Positions 38,769 through 49,377 are shown, numbered from the stretch's first letter. The stretch is DNA of 64,000 nucleotides from a candidate division WS1 bacterium (GCA_012518355.1 JAAYSP010000072.1:7644-71643); one strand, 5' to 3'. The notes: generated by a model from the letters alone, not told the origin. A program made the numbers and translations.

Positions 38769-39156
38769 ACGCTATCTCACCATCCGTGGCTTCGCGCTTC
38801 CTCATCAGGCCGTCGTCAGTTGATGCTCCGAAGATACGGACTGACTTGTGATGCGAGGGATGGATGCGTAGAGGGCCTCCGCGCCTGATGGCACAGTGCT
38901 CGTCCGCTTGAGTGGAGTGCAAGGCAAATGTCACTGTGTCTATACACACATGAACGCCGCCGCCACAGTAGAGGGGCGATATCTGTCACCAGGGGGAAAA
39001 CGGTATCCAAACGGGAGTGTCGTGCTTGCAGCCATAGGCTATAGGCTATCGTACAGGTGAACTTCTCAACGCTGCGCGCAACCTACCCGAAATGCGAACT
39101 CGTCACTCGTCAGGCACTCGGTCCCACAAATGGTCATGTGTCATGTACAGCCCAGG

Positions 39157-39501
39157 CTACTCCGTCAACTCGTCTCTGGACACCTGAGGAGCAGGGCCGT
39201 TAGCTTCCTGCTGTTGCGACTCCGCCGACTTCTGTTCCCACAACTCTTCTTCCTCGCGATTTCGCTTATCTATGGCGACAATTGACACCCGCGTGAACAG
39301 GGCTAGCGACAGCAGCAAACCCGCAAGCCCAATCCACGTCAGCAAAAGTCCGTTGCCGACATACGTGAGCACCGCCGACGTGGCTGCCAGCGTCCAGGCT
39401 GAAAGAAGCAGGGGGCGGTTGACCTTGCTACGAAGGTCGTGCTTGCCCCACTCTTCCTGGGGCAGTATCAAACCTGCTCTCTCCAGGTCTCTCAGTGACA
39501 T
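39157..39501 (-). CDS. hypothetical small membrane protein downstream of the permease gene
   Basis: Two TM helices; 21-bp gap to the upstream gene. Confidence 0.4.
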   Translation of the reverse strand: MSLRDLERAGLILPQEEWGKHDLRSKVNRPLLLSAWTLAATSAVLTYVGNGLLLTWIGLAGLLLSLALFTRVSIVAIDKRNREEEELWEQKSAESQQQEANGPAPQVSRDELTE

Positions 39502-39522
39502 CCGGGCTTCTCCCTTACCTCA

Positions 39523-41901
39523 TCAGCCTTCTATGTCCCAGAAGAACTCGAAAAACTGGGAGACGCTGAACTTCATCCAGCCGCTGCTCATGTTCACCAG
39601 CATCAACGGGGTCTGTATCTGCCGCGCTATTTGAGCTGTCTTGTCGCCCCAGACCTTGCGACGCACCCAGCTTTCGCGCGAAGCACCGACGATAACAAGA
39701 TCGAACTCCTCAGACTGTTCGGCTATTGTCTCTACCACTTCTCCGGCTTCAACACGTATCTGAAAGCGCTGTTCAGCCAGCGGAGTTTCTACGTCTTGTT
39801 TATGCTTTTCCGTATAGCGCGCTACCGCCTCACGCAACTCCGTAGCTCGCTGGGCCTGGAGGGCTGGCGGCATGTCCCGATCCACGACATGCAGCAGGCG
39901 GATATACGAGTCAGAACGGTCCGCCATGACAGCGGCGAACTGGGCGATCAGGCTGGCATGCTGGGGATGCTGCACAGGTACCAAAATACGTTTGGCCGGT
40001 ACCTTCACATCGCCGCGCACCACTACCACGTTTGCATCGGCGTTTTTCACGATGCGATCGATGGTAGAGCCGATAACTGTACGCGGATCGCGGCTACGGC
40101 CGGCCCAACCCATAACTACAAAATTGGCGTGAGTGTCCTCCACGGTGTCCACAATCGCATCCGCAGCCCGATGGCCTATCCGCACCAGGCTGTTTGGCAC
40201 AATCCCCAGGTCTTCAGCCTGCGCGGAGACTTCATCCAGCAGTGGCCGACTGTCCCCTATGAAGTCGCGCCCGACGCTCACTGGCAGTTGATCCGGTACC
40301 GTGATTACGTTCAGAAGCATCAGATTACCTGGCTTCAAACGAAGCAAGCGATGGCTGACCGCCAGCAGGCTTGGAGCTGTCTGTGGATTAGCTATGGGCA
40401 CGAGAACCGAGAACTTCCGTCTCTCGATCTGGGGCATCTGCGCTGCGACAACAGGGCTCACATCGCGTTCACGTTCTCGTTTGGAGGCATAGAAGTGATG
40501 GATCAGCAATCCTGCGGCAATCCAGCCGGTGGTAATCAGGGCGGCCGTAGGCGAGAAAGCGAAAGTGAACACGATCAGCACAAGCTGCAGGGTGATGGCC
40601 ACCACCTGCACCCAGGGGAAAAACGGCAGCATGTAGCCGTAACGCAGCTTGTCGCCATACTTGCGCCGTATAGTGATGGAGGCCACGTTGACCTGAAGAA
40701 ACAGTAGCATAAACATGATGCCTGCAGATGCAGCCACCGCCTCCAGAGGGATGCTCACTGCCATCAAAGTGATGATCACTCCGCTGAAGATGAGTGCGAC
40801 ATGAGGGACCCGGGTCCGCGGATGGACGGCGGCAAACATATCGGGGAGGTTGCGGTCGCGTCCCATGGCGAACGCCACTCGTGTGGAAGAGTATGTCGTG
40901 GCGTTCAACGCGCTCATCGTAGAGAGCAGTGCGCCAATCGAGAGCAGTATGGTGAAGGGCCCCATGAAGCTTCGTGCGGCGCGTGCCAGAGCCACGTCGG
41001 GATCGGTCTGACTAAGCCATTGCCAGGTGGTGATTGCCCCTTCACTGGCGGGCACCTGCACAGCCCCAAGTGCAACAAAAGCCACTGCGATATAGGTGGG
41101 TATGACGATGATCATCGCCAGGAAAACTGCTTTGGGTATGTTCTTGCGCGGATTGCGGACCTCTTCACCCGCCTGAGCGATAATTTCGTAGCCCTCGAAC
41201 GCAATGAAAGTCAATCCCATAGCTATGAAAACACCGGTGATGCCGTTGGGCGCAAATCCGCGCACGCTATCATCGAGTCCGGGGAGATGGAGGTTCGAAA
41301 AGTGGCTCATCTGCTCAGGATTGCGCATGATCGCCCATAGCCCTGCGATGACGAAGATCCAGATGATCAGCATCTTGCCCACGGTGACGAAATTGCCTGC
41401 TCGCCCGGTTTCAGAAGCACCGCGGAAATTGACGTAGACGAACATCAATGCTATCGCAGCCGCAATCGCCTTCTGTAACGCTGGGCCTTCAAGTCCAAAG
41501 GCAGGAATGTTCAAGTCACGAAGCACGAGCGCGAAATAGGCCGCGAAACCCAGGGCGTACACACTGCCGACTACCGTATGAGAAAACCAGTCAATCCAGC
41601 CTGCAAGAAATGCATTTGCGCCAGGCAAGCCCTGTTTCACCCACTGATATCCACCGCCTGCAGTGGGTATAGCGGAGCCTAATTCGGCGTATACCATACC
41701 TGTCAGCAGGGTGACCACGCCGTTGAGGCCGAACGCAAGCAGCAAGGCGGGCCCTGCTTCTCCGGCAGCGATACCGGTCAGGACGAAAATGCCGGCACCA
41801 ATCATGCCGGCAACCCCAATCATGGTAGCATCGAAGAGCCCCAAATCACGACTAAGGTCGCTTTGGGGCTCTTGTGCACTTCCTTGCGAAACTCCTGCCA
41901 T
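39523..41901 (-). CDS. APC-superfamily amino acid permease fused to two C-terminal universal stress protein (UspA) domains
   Basis: 12-TM permease core, then a tandem USP-like alpha/beta region. Confidence 0.8.
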   Translation of the reverse strand: MAGVSQGSAQEPQSDLSRDLGLFDATMIGVAGMIGAGIFVLTGIAAGEAGPALLLAFGLNGVVTLLTGMVYAELGSAIPTAGGGYQWVKQGLPGANAFLAGWIDWFSHTVVGSVYALGFAAYFALVLRDLNIPAFGLEGPALQKAIAAAIALMFVYVNFRGASETGRAGNFVTVGKMLIIWIFVIAGLWAIMRNPEQMSHFSNLHLPGLDDSVRGFAPNGITGVFIAMGLTFIAFEGYEIIAQAGEEVRNPRKNIPKAVFLAMIIVIPTYIAVAFVALGAVQVPASEGAITTWQWLSQTDPDVALARAARSFMGPFTILLSIGALLSTMSALNATTYSSTRVAFAMGRDRNLPDMFAAVHPRTRVPHVALIFSGVIITLMAVSIPLEAVAASAGIMFMLLFLQVNVASITIRRKYGDKLRYGYMLPFFPWVQVVAITLQLVLIVFTFAFSPTAALITTGWIAAGLLIHHFYASKRERERDVSPVVAAQMPQIERRKFSVLVPIANPQTAPSLLAVSHRLLRLKPGNLMLLNVITVPDQLPVSVGRDFIGDSRPLLDEVSAQAEDLGIVPNSLVRIGHRAADAIVDTVEDTHANFVVMGWAGRSRDPRTVIGSTIDRIVKNADANVVVVRGDVKVPAKRILVPVQHPQHASLIAQFAAVMADRSDSYIRLLHVVDRDMPPALQAQRATELREAVARYTEKHKQDVETPLAEQRFQIRVEAGEVVETIAEQSEEFDLVIVGASRESWVRRKVWGDKTAQIARQIQTPLMLVNMSSGWMKFSVSQFFEFFWDIEG

Positions 41902-41965
41902 GCACTACCTCCAGCGGAGACAATCCGTGAATAGCTGTCGGGCCAACACGGATTGGACGAGCCCC

Positions 41966-42295
41966 CTATCCCGCAATAACCTTGTCCAGGCTCGAAGCCA
42001 GGTCTTCTTCGGAGTGCACGCCGACTATCGTCTCAACAATCTCACCGTTGTTGAAGATGGCCATGAAGGGAATTGCACGAATCTGATACTTCTGAGCCAG
42101 CTGTTCGTTGCTGCCATCAGAGATGTTGACACGAGCAATCACGGCCTGGTCACGGTACGTCTCGGCAACCTTATCCAGCACTGGATGCATCATCATACAC
42201 GGGCCACACCAGGGGGCCCAAAAATCCACCAGTACTGGTTTTTCAGCCTGCAAAACCTGTGCATCAAAATCTTCATTTGTGACATCAATCGGCAT
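41966..42295 (-). CDS. trxA: thioredoxin
   Basis: WCGPC active site; 109 aa; AGGAGGA SD. Confidence 0.9.
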   Translation of the reverse strand: MPIDVTNEDFDAQVLQAEKPVLVDFWAPWCGPCMMMHPVLDKVAETYRDQAVIARVNISDGSNEQLAQKYQIRAIPFMAIFNNGEIVETIVGVHSEEDLASSLDKVIAG

Positions 42296-42412
42296 GAGAT
42301 TATCCTCCTGACCATTTGCGTTATACTATAGGCTATAGTTGGTGTAACAGTATGACATAACGACATTTGAGCTGATCTTTGTTATCGAAACAGGCAAAGC
42401 ATACACAGCATC

Positions 42413-42988
42413 TTATTGTGACAGAGTTTTGGTGATTGCGTTGTTCAACTGCTGCTCGATGTCCGGCGCAAGCCCCTCCCACCTGTCAATCACTGTACCA
42501 TTGGAGAAAAGTAGCACCGTAGGTATCGCGCGGATCGAGTACTCAGAAGCCAACTGTGGTTCGTCATCTATATCAACGCGCCCCATGATTGCCTTCCCGG
42601 CAAACTCACTGGCCAGGCCGTCCATAATTGGGTGCATTTTTTCACACGGCCCGCACCAGGGGGCCCAGAAATCCACCAGAACAGGTGTCGAAGCGCCAAG
42701 AACGCTGTCCTGGAATGACGCTGTGGTGAAGTCAACAACTGCAGCTTCCGCCGCGCTCTCTTCGGCCTCACCAGCACTGTCTACCGCCTGTTCGGCCTCA
42801 GGTGCTTCCGCTTCTTCGACGGGAGACGGTAGTGGTGGCAGCTCGGCTTCAACGCCGGCGACATCTGTTTTTCCCGGGCATCCCGAAATCGCAAATGGCA
42901 CCACGAGAAGCAGCATGGCTATCAGTAGACCTGCGAGTGGCCTCGCACATCGAGACCGCCTGAAAGTATCGTACCAGGTAGATATCAA
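42413..42988 (-). CDS. membrane/lipid-anchored thioredoxin with acidic Ala/Glu linker
   Basis: Lipobox-like AISGC, then WCGPC thioredoxin domain. Confidence 0.75.
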   Translation of the reverse strand: MISTWYDTFRRSRCARPLAGLLIAMLLLVVPFAISGCPGKTDVAGVEAELPPLPSPVEEAEAPEAEQAVDSAGEAEESAAEAAVVDFTTASFQDSVLGASTPVLVDFWAPWCGPCEKMHPIMDGLASEFAGKAIMGRVDIDDEPQLASEYSIRAIPTVLLFSNGTVIDRWEGLAPDIEQQLNNAITKTLSQ

Positions 42989-43068
42989 TTCCCTACCTCC
43001 TTGTGACTAAATCGTAGAATTGGGCAATTCTACCACCTTTGCACACTTGACGCAACTGCAACACCACC

Positions 43069-44127
43069 TCAGACATGGATTGCCTCGTAAGCAGTGTCGT
43101 ACATAGCCACGATGTTTTCCGGTGGGCTGACCGCCTGGATGTTGTGGCATGGGGCCAGGATGTATCCCCCTCCGCAACCGAGGGTAGCCAGGTTATCGAG
43201 CACTTCCTGACGCACCTCATCCACAGTGCCAAAGGGGAGTGTGTACTGATTGTCCATCGCTCCGTGAAAGACAATCTGATCGCCGAAGTCGCGCTTGAGC
43301 GCTTCTCGTTCCATCCCTTCGCAACGCCACTGCACCGGGTTGAGCACATCCATGCCGATCTCGATCATATCCGGTATCACTTCGCGCACCGCACCGTCAC
43401 TGTGATGGAACACGTAGGCTCCTGCGTCATGAACCAGGTCCATCATCCGCTTCATCCGTGGCAGGAGAAACTCGTGCATGTGACTGCGCGACATCAGAAG
43501 TGACTGCTGCGTACCGAGGTCCTCGGCCACGTAGCTGAACAGTACTTTTCCCGGTATTTGCTCGAAGATGCGTTCCGTACTTTTGTAGCATAGGTCGAAT
43601 AGTCTGTCCAAACAGTAGTGGACGATATCGGGGTGAAGCACCAGATCCATCAGGGCCTGCTCCTGCCCACGCAAATGGCAGTAGGTTAGGAACGGTTCGG
43701 AGCCCCCACCACGTACAGGGCAATCAGGGAGCTGATCAGTCTGCGCGGGAATGTGCGTATAGTTCCACCAATCAGGGCTGGGCCAGCGGTACTCAGAGTC
43801 TATCTGACTTACGGTCTCAAATTCGGCCAGAGGATGAAATACGCATTCTCGATAGCTCCCCGTGGCGTAAGCGACATCGCGATAGCCGCAGCCGAACACG
43901 TCAAGCTCGGGGCTGATCGGCGGCCCGACATAGCGGCCGGAAACAGCCACCACACGATCTATGTGGAGTCGCTCATACAGTTGGCTGTGGTTCTGCAAGT
44001 CCAGATGATCGAGCAGTTTCTTCGTCGCTTCCGGAGTTGCCCAGTAGTCAGTTGGGACCCTATCTGTTGGCTCTCTTTTCAGCACAGCCATCCAACGCTC
44101 TCTGGGCGTCATCTGTTCTGTGGCCAT
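43069..44127 (-). CDS. uroporphyrinogen decarboxylase (URO-D) family protein, MtaA/CmuA-like
   Basis: URO-D fold length and composition; start at the ATG at 44127 with a GAGGTGA SD (the ORF-track start at 44253 has none). Confidence 0.7.
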   Translation of the reverse strand: MATEQMTPRERWMAVLKREPTDRVPTDYWATPEATKKLLDHLDLQNHSQLYERLHIDRVVAVSGRYVGPPISPELDVFGCGYRDVAYATGSYRECVFHPLAEFETVSQIDSEYRWPSPDWWNYTHIPAQTDQLPDCPVRGGGSEPFLTYCHLRGQEQALMDLVLHPDIVHYCLDRLFDLCYKSTERIFEQIPGKVLFSYVAEDLGTQQSLLMSRSHMHEFLLPRMKRMMDLVHDAGAYVFHHSDGAVREVIPDMIEIGMDVLNPVQWRCEGMEREALKRDFGDQIVFHGAMDNQYTLPFGTVDEVRQEVLDNLATLGCGGGYILAPCHNIQAVSPPENIVAMYDTAYEAIHV

Positions 44128-44569
44128 GTGTACTATCACCTCACGCGGAGATCGAAAGCTGTTATCACTACATGGTGGCATGGATTCACTGACAGACTTG
44201 AGCAGATGTTGCAGGCATGGTATCATCATTTCAGATGTGTGCATAGTAGACACTGGATGCCGCGCAGATGATCGTCACTCCTCGGCCTATCTCCACGCTT
44301 GACCTGTCAGGCGGTGGCTGTAGACCGGCAAACAGCTGTATCTCGTCCCCTGGCATCTTGTGTCGCGACCAGATACAGAACTACTCATGCAAATGCTATC
44401 TGATTTACTTCTCCAGTGGCATAGCCATCAGCCACTGCTTTACGCTGCCGTGACCGTGCTTTCGATGGTCGGGCTCGGCACGCTCTTCGCCCTGCTGACT
44501 AACTGGACGAGCGCGCGCAATCGGCCGTCTACCCGCAATTCACAAGAGCCCGATGCCGGTGATAAGTAA

Positions 44570-45613
44570 GTGCATTTCCCGATAGCCGGAGTAACGGTCA
44601 ACCCGTACTATCTGATCGGCCTCGGCGTATTGGTCGGTGTATCCGGCGGCTTTATGGGCATGGGCGGCGGTTGGTTGCTAGTGCCGGCCTTGAGCGCTCT
44701 GGGCACACCGATGAACATAGCAGTAGGGACATCCCTTGCCCAGATGCTGGGTGCTGCCATCGTGTCAGCGATGCGTCACTGGCAGTTTGGCAACATATCA
44801 TTTCGCATCGCGACAATCATGATCCCAGGCAGCCTGCTGGGAGTGGAGTTCGGAGCGTTCATCATCGAACTGCTCAAGGGGCAGGGACCTACCCAGGTTG
44901 ACTTCGGCATTGGTGTGACTTTTGCAGGCATTCTGACCCTGGTATCGCTGTTCGTCCTCCGCGACGCGCTGAAAGACTATACCAGAGCACGGCAGTTGGC
45001 CGCGTCTCATCCAGGTGACAGCATCCACAAGTACCATGTGACCCCGGTTCGTCCTATCCCCCGTCGCCTGCAGGCCATCAAGCTCAAGCCTTGCATCGCC
45101 TGCCCCATCTCGGGCATAGAATCGATTTCAGTTTGGGCAATTCTGGCCGTAGCATTCATCATGGGCACACTCACCGGACTGCTCGGCATCGGTGGAGGGC
45201 TGGTCGGGTTGCCACTACTGGTCTATGTCATCGGCGTGCCAACTAGAGTGGCAGTAGGCACGGTAGTTCTCACCGTAGTGGTGGCCTCAGGGTTTGGTAC
45301 CTTTTCACATGCATTGAAGGGAAATGGTGACCTGTTGATGGCGCTGTTCATCTTCATCGGCGCCGCGATAGGCTCACAAATTGGCGCCCTGGCCACACGT
45401 TATGTGTCGGGCATCTTCATCCGTGCACTTTTCGCCGTGGCTGCCCTTGGTGCAGCGGCATCCGTAGTGCTGAACACCTTTCTGGGGCTGCGTACCGCGG
45501 CTCTCGTCGTGGTACTGATGGTGGGCGTACTCACGTGTGCACTTATCATCCAGCTACTGTTCACTGGCCTGTTACGTTCGCGCCGTCAGAGGCTAGACAG
45601 CAATTCGCCATAG
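44570..45613 (+). CDS. TauE/SafE-family (DUF81) anion exporter
   Basis: Duplicated 4-TM repeats with GxGGG motifs; GTG start. Confidence 0.75.
   Translation: MHFPIAGVTVNPYYLIGLGVLVGVSGGFMGMGGGWLLVPALSALGTPMNIAVGTSLAQMLGAAIVSAMRHWQFGNISFRIATIMIPGSLLGVEFGAFIIELLKGQGPTQVDFGIGVTFAGILTLVSLFVLRDALKDYTRARQLAASHPGDSIHKYHVTPVRPIPRRLQAIKLKPCIACPISGIESISVWAILAVAFIMGTLTGLLGIGGGLVGLPLLVYVIGVPTRVAVGTVVLTVVVASGFGTFSHALKGNGDLLMALFIFIGAAIGSQIGALATRYVSGIFIRALFAVAALGAAASVVLNTFLGLRTAALVVVLMVGVLTCALIIQLLFTGLLRSRRQRLDSNSP
45521..45613. repeat. direct repeat copy 1 (about 93 bp, about 90% identical to 45870-45962); encodes the TauE C-terminus
   Basis: Read directly in sequence. Confidence 0.8.
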
Positions 45614-45869
45614 CCGCGCAACGTAGACATAGGGTGGATCGCACCTGTAGGCTTCGCGCTGTGTCTCATGGAGGTATTGCCAGAGACGGGCACACGTAAA
45701 CCGCTAGCCTCCATCCTCCCACCTGCCTCTTCAGGCTCGTAGCACACTCGCACCGCCAGGGCCGAGCAGCAATCATGTGTGGCCATAGCCGCGAGAGCAC
45801 GGTCACGGTTGTGAGACTCCCCTTGAAAGCTTCACGTTGTGCCTGGTGTGGTGGTACCGGGTACTAACA

Positions 45870-45962
45870 GTGGGCGTGCTCACGTGTAGTACTTATCATC
45901 CAGCTACTGTTCACTGGCCGTTACGTTCGCGCCGTCAGAGTCTGGGCAGCAATTCGCCATGG
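45870..45962. repeat. direct repeat copy 2; its reverse strand encodes the C-terminus and stop of the ECF T component
   Basis: Read directly in sequence. Confidence 0.8.
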
Positions 45963-46735
45963 CCTTGCAGGCGCAACCATATGCTTAGAGCTGCCGCACA
46001 AACGATCAGTACCATAGCTCCTACATCGGCCCACCTCACGGCAAATGTACGCAACTCAACGCGCCTGGCAGTAGCCATGAGTCCACGTGCTTCCAGAGCG
46101 CGCGACAGGTTGTCGGCCTGCCTTAGCGCATATCCGAATACTGGGGCGGCAAGGCTCAGATATCTACGTAAACGTGTCATCAGTCCGCCACTATCCAGAT
46201 CCAAACCGCGTGCGCGTTGAGCATCCTTCACAGTCTGCACCGTCGCGAGGAAGCTGGGCAGCAGTCGGAATGCAAGCGACAAAGCTACTGACATACCGCC
46301 TGGCAGCCCCAGCCTGCGCAACGCAAAGGTGAAGTCTTCGGGACGGGTGGTAGTCACAAACACCAGGCCGAACACCAGTAGAGCGGTAATTCGGCAGCCC
46401 ATCGCCACTCCATAGAGTACAGATTGCTCAGATATAGTCAGCGGGCCCAGTTCTGCCAGCACGTGTGGCTCCTCGACATCCAGCAGGAACAGTGACCACA
46501 TAAGTGAAGCCATGATGAACAGCACGACTAGAAACGCGCCTAACTGACGCAAGTTTGGCTTCCCCCCTGCCGCAATCAGCAATAGCAGGGCAACTGCGAG
46601 AACTACGGCCTCCCACAAAGGAAGATTGAAGGCCATAGCAGGGACAAAAAGCAGGATCAGCCCCAACAGCTTCACCACGGGGTGCAACCGATGAATAGCA
46701 GTGTCAGCGCTGATGAAAAGAGAACTGGTTTGCAT
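45935..46735 (-). CDS. ecfT: ECF transporter T component (EcfT/CbiQ family)
   Basis: CbiQ-family transmembrane architecture; ATG at 46735 after AAAGGAA. Confidence 0.8.
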   Translation of the reverse strand: MQTSSLFISADTAIHRLHPVVKLLGLILLFVPAMAFNLPLWEAVVLAVALLLLIAAGGKPNLRQLGAFLVVLFIMASLMWSLFLLDVEEPHVLAELGPLTISEQSVLYGVAMGCRITALLVFGLVFVTTTRPEDFTFALRRLGLPGGMSVALSLAFRLLPSFLATVQTVKDAQRARGLDLDSGGLMTRLRRYLSLAAPVFGYALRQADNLSRALEARGLMATARRVELRTFAVRWADVGAMVLIVCAAALSIWLRLQGHGELLPRL

Positions 46736-46797
46736 ACGTATTCCTTTCAATCGCTCCAGACGGCACCAAACAACACGGCAATCAATCCCAGGTCTCG

Positions 46798-49377
46798 CTA
46801 GCTCAAACGCACATACTCGCCGAATTCTTCCGGGCTCAAGAGTGGCACTCCAAACAGGGCCATCGAAATCTCGACCACCGCCGGTATACGCTGGCAGGCG
46901 GCCTGCAGAGCCCTCTCATCTGCTACCACATCGCGCACCGCACCATCAACCACCACCTGTCCTTCCCGCAGCAAAATGAGCCTGCTTGCGTAGCGCATAG
47001 CCATCTCTGTATGGTGTGTGACTACGATTATGGTATGGCCTTGTGTCTGCAATTGACGCAACAGTTCCATCATGGCCTCTTGCTGCGGGACATCAAGGCC
47101 GGTGGTGGGCTCGTCAAACACTATGATGCCGGGTTCGCAGGCCAAAATGGCTGCCAACGCTACGCGCTGTCTCTGGCCTCGGGTCAGTGCGAATGGATCA
47201 GCGGTCTCGAGGCCCACAAGCTCAGTGACTGCTATAGCGTCGGCTACCAACCGTGTGACCTCCTCGCGGCTGCGGCCGAGGTTGCGCGGCCCAAACGCTA
47301 CCTCATCGAAAACCGTGTCGGCGAAAATCTGGTTGTCAGGGTTCTGATACAGATAGCCAATCTGAGATGCCAGGTCGGTTACACTCATAGCTGCAACGTC
47401 ACGTCCGTTCACCTTCACAGTGCCCTGATGTGGTGTCAACAGGCCCATCATCAGCTTGCACAGAGTGGTCTTGCCCGAACCGTTGGGCCCGAGAATGGCG
47501 ACGAACTCACCCTGCCGCACCTGCAGCGATACCTTCTGGAGAGATGCAGGACCGCCATAGCTGTGAGAAACCAGGTCAACAGCGACGGCTTCACCGCCTG
47601 CGAAGGGCTCGCGCTCACTATCGCGTCGCCTCGTCAGAGCAGGCTCATCCAGCACTGCCGCACAATCACGCAGCGTGCGCACTGCCTCCGCGGCTGTCTC
47701 CGGCACATCGGGCAGGCCGACGGCTTGCGCTATCTCGGCCAGTGGATGGGGCCGCAAGCCAACGGCTCGAGCACGTGCCACATCTCTAAGCAAGTGGCCG
47801 CAGGCTCCGTCATACGCGACAGCCCCTTCGCTGAGGACCAGCAGAGGGTCTGTGCCTGTCCCGTGCGTCGGATCATCTGTAGCCAACAGAATGGTGCGCC
47901 CCTGAGTCGCTAGGCTCTCAACGGCGTCTATAACTTGAGCTCGACCCAGGGGATCAAGGTCAGTGGTCGGCTCGTCAAGCACCACTATGGGCGGTTCGGC
48001 AGCCATCACTGCAGCAAGCGCCAGGCGTTGTTTCTCGCCTCCTGACAGTGTAATCGGATCGCGTCCCAGCAGATGCCCAAGCCCCAGCGTGTCGAGCCAG
48101 TGATTTACTCGCTCACGCATAGCCTCTCTTGGTACTCCACGGTTTTCAAGCCCGAACGCGATCTCCAACTCTACATCGCTGCAGAAGAGTTGGGTCTCGA
48201 AATCCTGAAACACCAATCCCGCAACTTGAGACAGGTCATCCACCGATTGCGACCTGGTGTCCTGACCTCCAATGTGCACGGTTCCAACAAAATCACCGGA
48301 CTGCATGTGGGGGATCACGCCGTTCATGCACAGGCACAGCGTAGATTTGCCGGCACCTGTTCGCCCCATGAGTAGGCGCATTTGGCCTGACTTTTGCCGG
48401 AAGCTGACTTCATGTAGTGCCGGGGTGATGCTGTCACCATAGGCAAAATGCAGGTCAGAGACCGCTATCACACCATCGCTTACATCGGTAGGCTTTTCGT
48501 CTGACACTCCAGCAGTAGTAGCCTGCGAGCGCCTCGAACCGATTCGAGCCATCAGTGAACTACCCAACACGATTAGCAGACTACACCACATACCTAGCTC
48601 TCGAAGCGACATTTCTGCGGGCATTAGCAGAGACACCGGGATGGGTTTACCGTCAGCATCTAGAGTCGGCTCCAGCGTGAGCATCCCCAGTTTGCTCCCC
48701 CAGGAAGCGAGTGCGCCGGTCTTATCGAGTGCTGCAAACACACCCACTATGCAGGCCGCCATCAGGACAAGCCCGGCAATTGGCGTTATCGGCGTCGTCT
48801 TGATGTCGTCCTCGTGCATAATCTGTGAGTACGTCAAGTTCCATTTATGCGCTCGCGGATACATCAGTATCAGCAGAGGGATGCCGAGTACGATTCCCGC
48901 AATGCTATTGTTGATAGTGATGATGCTCGTGAGCACAACATATGGCACGAGACCCAGCAGATCCAGTCCGGTGCCGATGACGACTGCACAGGCAGCGCTA
49001 CCAAGGAAAATCACCAGTACCAGTAGAGGCACTTCCCGCCAGGTACCTCGGGGTGGGTTGAAACCCTTGAACATAACCCACAGCCTATATGGCACATAGG
49101 CGAAGAGGAAATTGCCAATCAGGCCGAAAAAACTGCCTGGTCCCACGGTACCAAAAAAATCGGCCATGAGATTGCCGATAGCACATCCCCATGCCGCCGC
49201 TGGTCCAAACAGTAGCCCGCAGACTACAGGGATTGCGTTACCGGGCCGCAACTCCGTGAAACCCGGGACGATCGGGATGATTTTGAACGGTATCAAAATC
49301 GCCGCATAGATGGCCGCTGAGAGGGCCACGAGCACCACCATCTTGCTGCTGCGCCACATCACAAGCACATCTCGCAT
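46798..49377 (-). CDS. ECF transporter triple fusion: N-terminal S-component-like membrane domain (about 280 aa) plus two ABC ATPase domains (EcfA-EcfA')
   Basis: Two complete sets of Walker A (GRTGAGKST, GPNGSGKTT), signature (LSGGEKQR, LTRGQRQR) and Walker B motifs after a 6-7 TM domain; GAGGAG SD before the ATG at 49377. Confidence 0.8.
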   Translation of the reverse strand: MRDVLVMWRSSKMVVLVALSAAIYAAILIPFKIIPIVPGFTELRPGNAIPVVCGLLFGPAAAWGCAIGNLMADFFGTVGPGSFFGLIGNFLFAYVPYRLWVMFKGFNPPRGTWREVPLLVLVIFLGSAACAVVIGTGLDLLGLVPYVVLTSIITINNSIAGIVLGIPLLILMYPRAHKWNLTYSQIMHEDDIKTTPITPIAGLVLMAACIVGVFAALDKTGALASWGSKLGMLTLEPTLDADGKPIPVSLLMPAEMSLRELGMWCSLLIVLGSSLMARIGSRRSQATTAGVSDEKPTDVSDGVIAVSDLHFAYGDSITPALHEVSFRQKSGQMRLLMGRTGAGKSTLCLCMNGVIPHMQSGDFVGTVHIGGQDTRSQSVDDLSQVAGLVFQDFETQLFCSDVELEIAFGLENRGVPREAMRERVNHWLDTLGLGHLLGRDPITLSGGEKQRLALAAVMAAEPPIVVLDEPTTDLDPLGRAQVIDAVESLATQGRTILLATDDPTHGTGTDPLLVLSEGAVAYDGACGHLLRDVARARAVGLRPHPLAEIAQAVGLPDVPETAAEAVRTLRDCAAVLDEPALTRRRDSEREPFAGGEAVAVDLVSHSYGGPASLQKVSLQVRQGEFVAILGPNGSGKTTLCKLMMGLLTPHQGTVKVNGRDVAAMSVTDLASQIGYLYQNPDNQIFADTVFDEVAFGPRNLGRSREEVTRLVADAIAVTELVGLETADPFALTRGQRQRVALAAILACEPGIIVFDEPTTGLDVPQQEAMMELLRQLQTQGHTIIVVTHHTEMAMRYASRLILLREGQVVVDGAVRDVVADERALQAACQRIPAVVEISMALFGVPLLSPEEFGEYVRLS

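Noticed and set aside
39631-40707. 358-aa + strand ORF
   Set aside because: It is antisense to the APC permease gene, and its Arg/His/Gln-rich translation has no domain features. Such long antisense ORFs are common at this GC content.
44360-44569. 69-aa ORF with one TM helix ending 1 nt before the TauE start
   Set aside because: It could be a genuine small membrane protein, but it has no SD, an ambiguous start, and lies in a 440-bp region crowded with overlapping short ORFs. It is left uncalled.
47011-47913. 300-aa + strand ORF (and several 80-170 aa ORFs nearby on the + strand)
   Set aside because: They are antisense to the ECF fused ATPase gene, which carries unambiguous Walker motifs.
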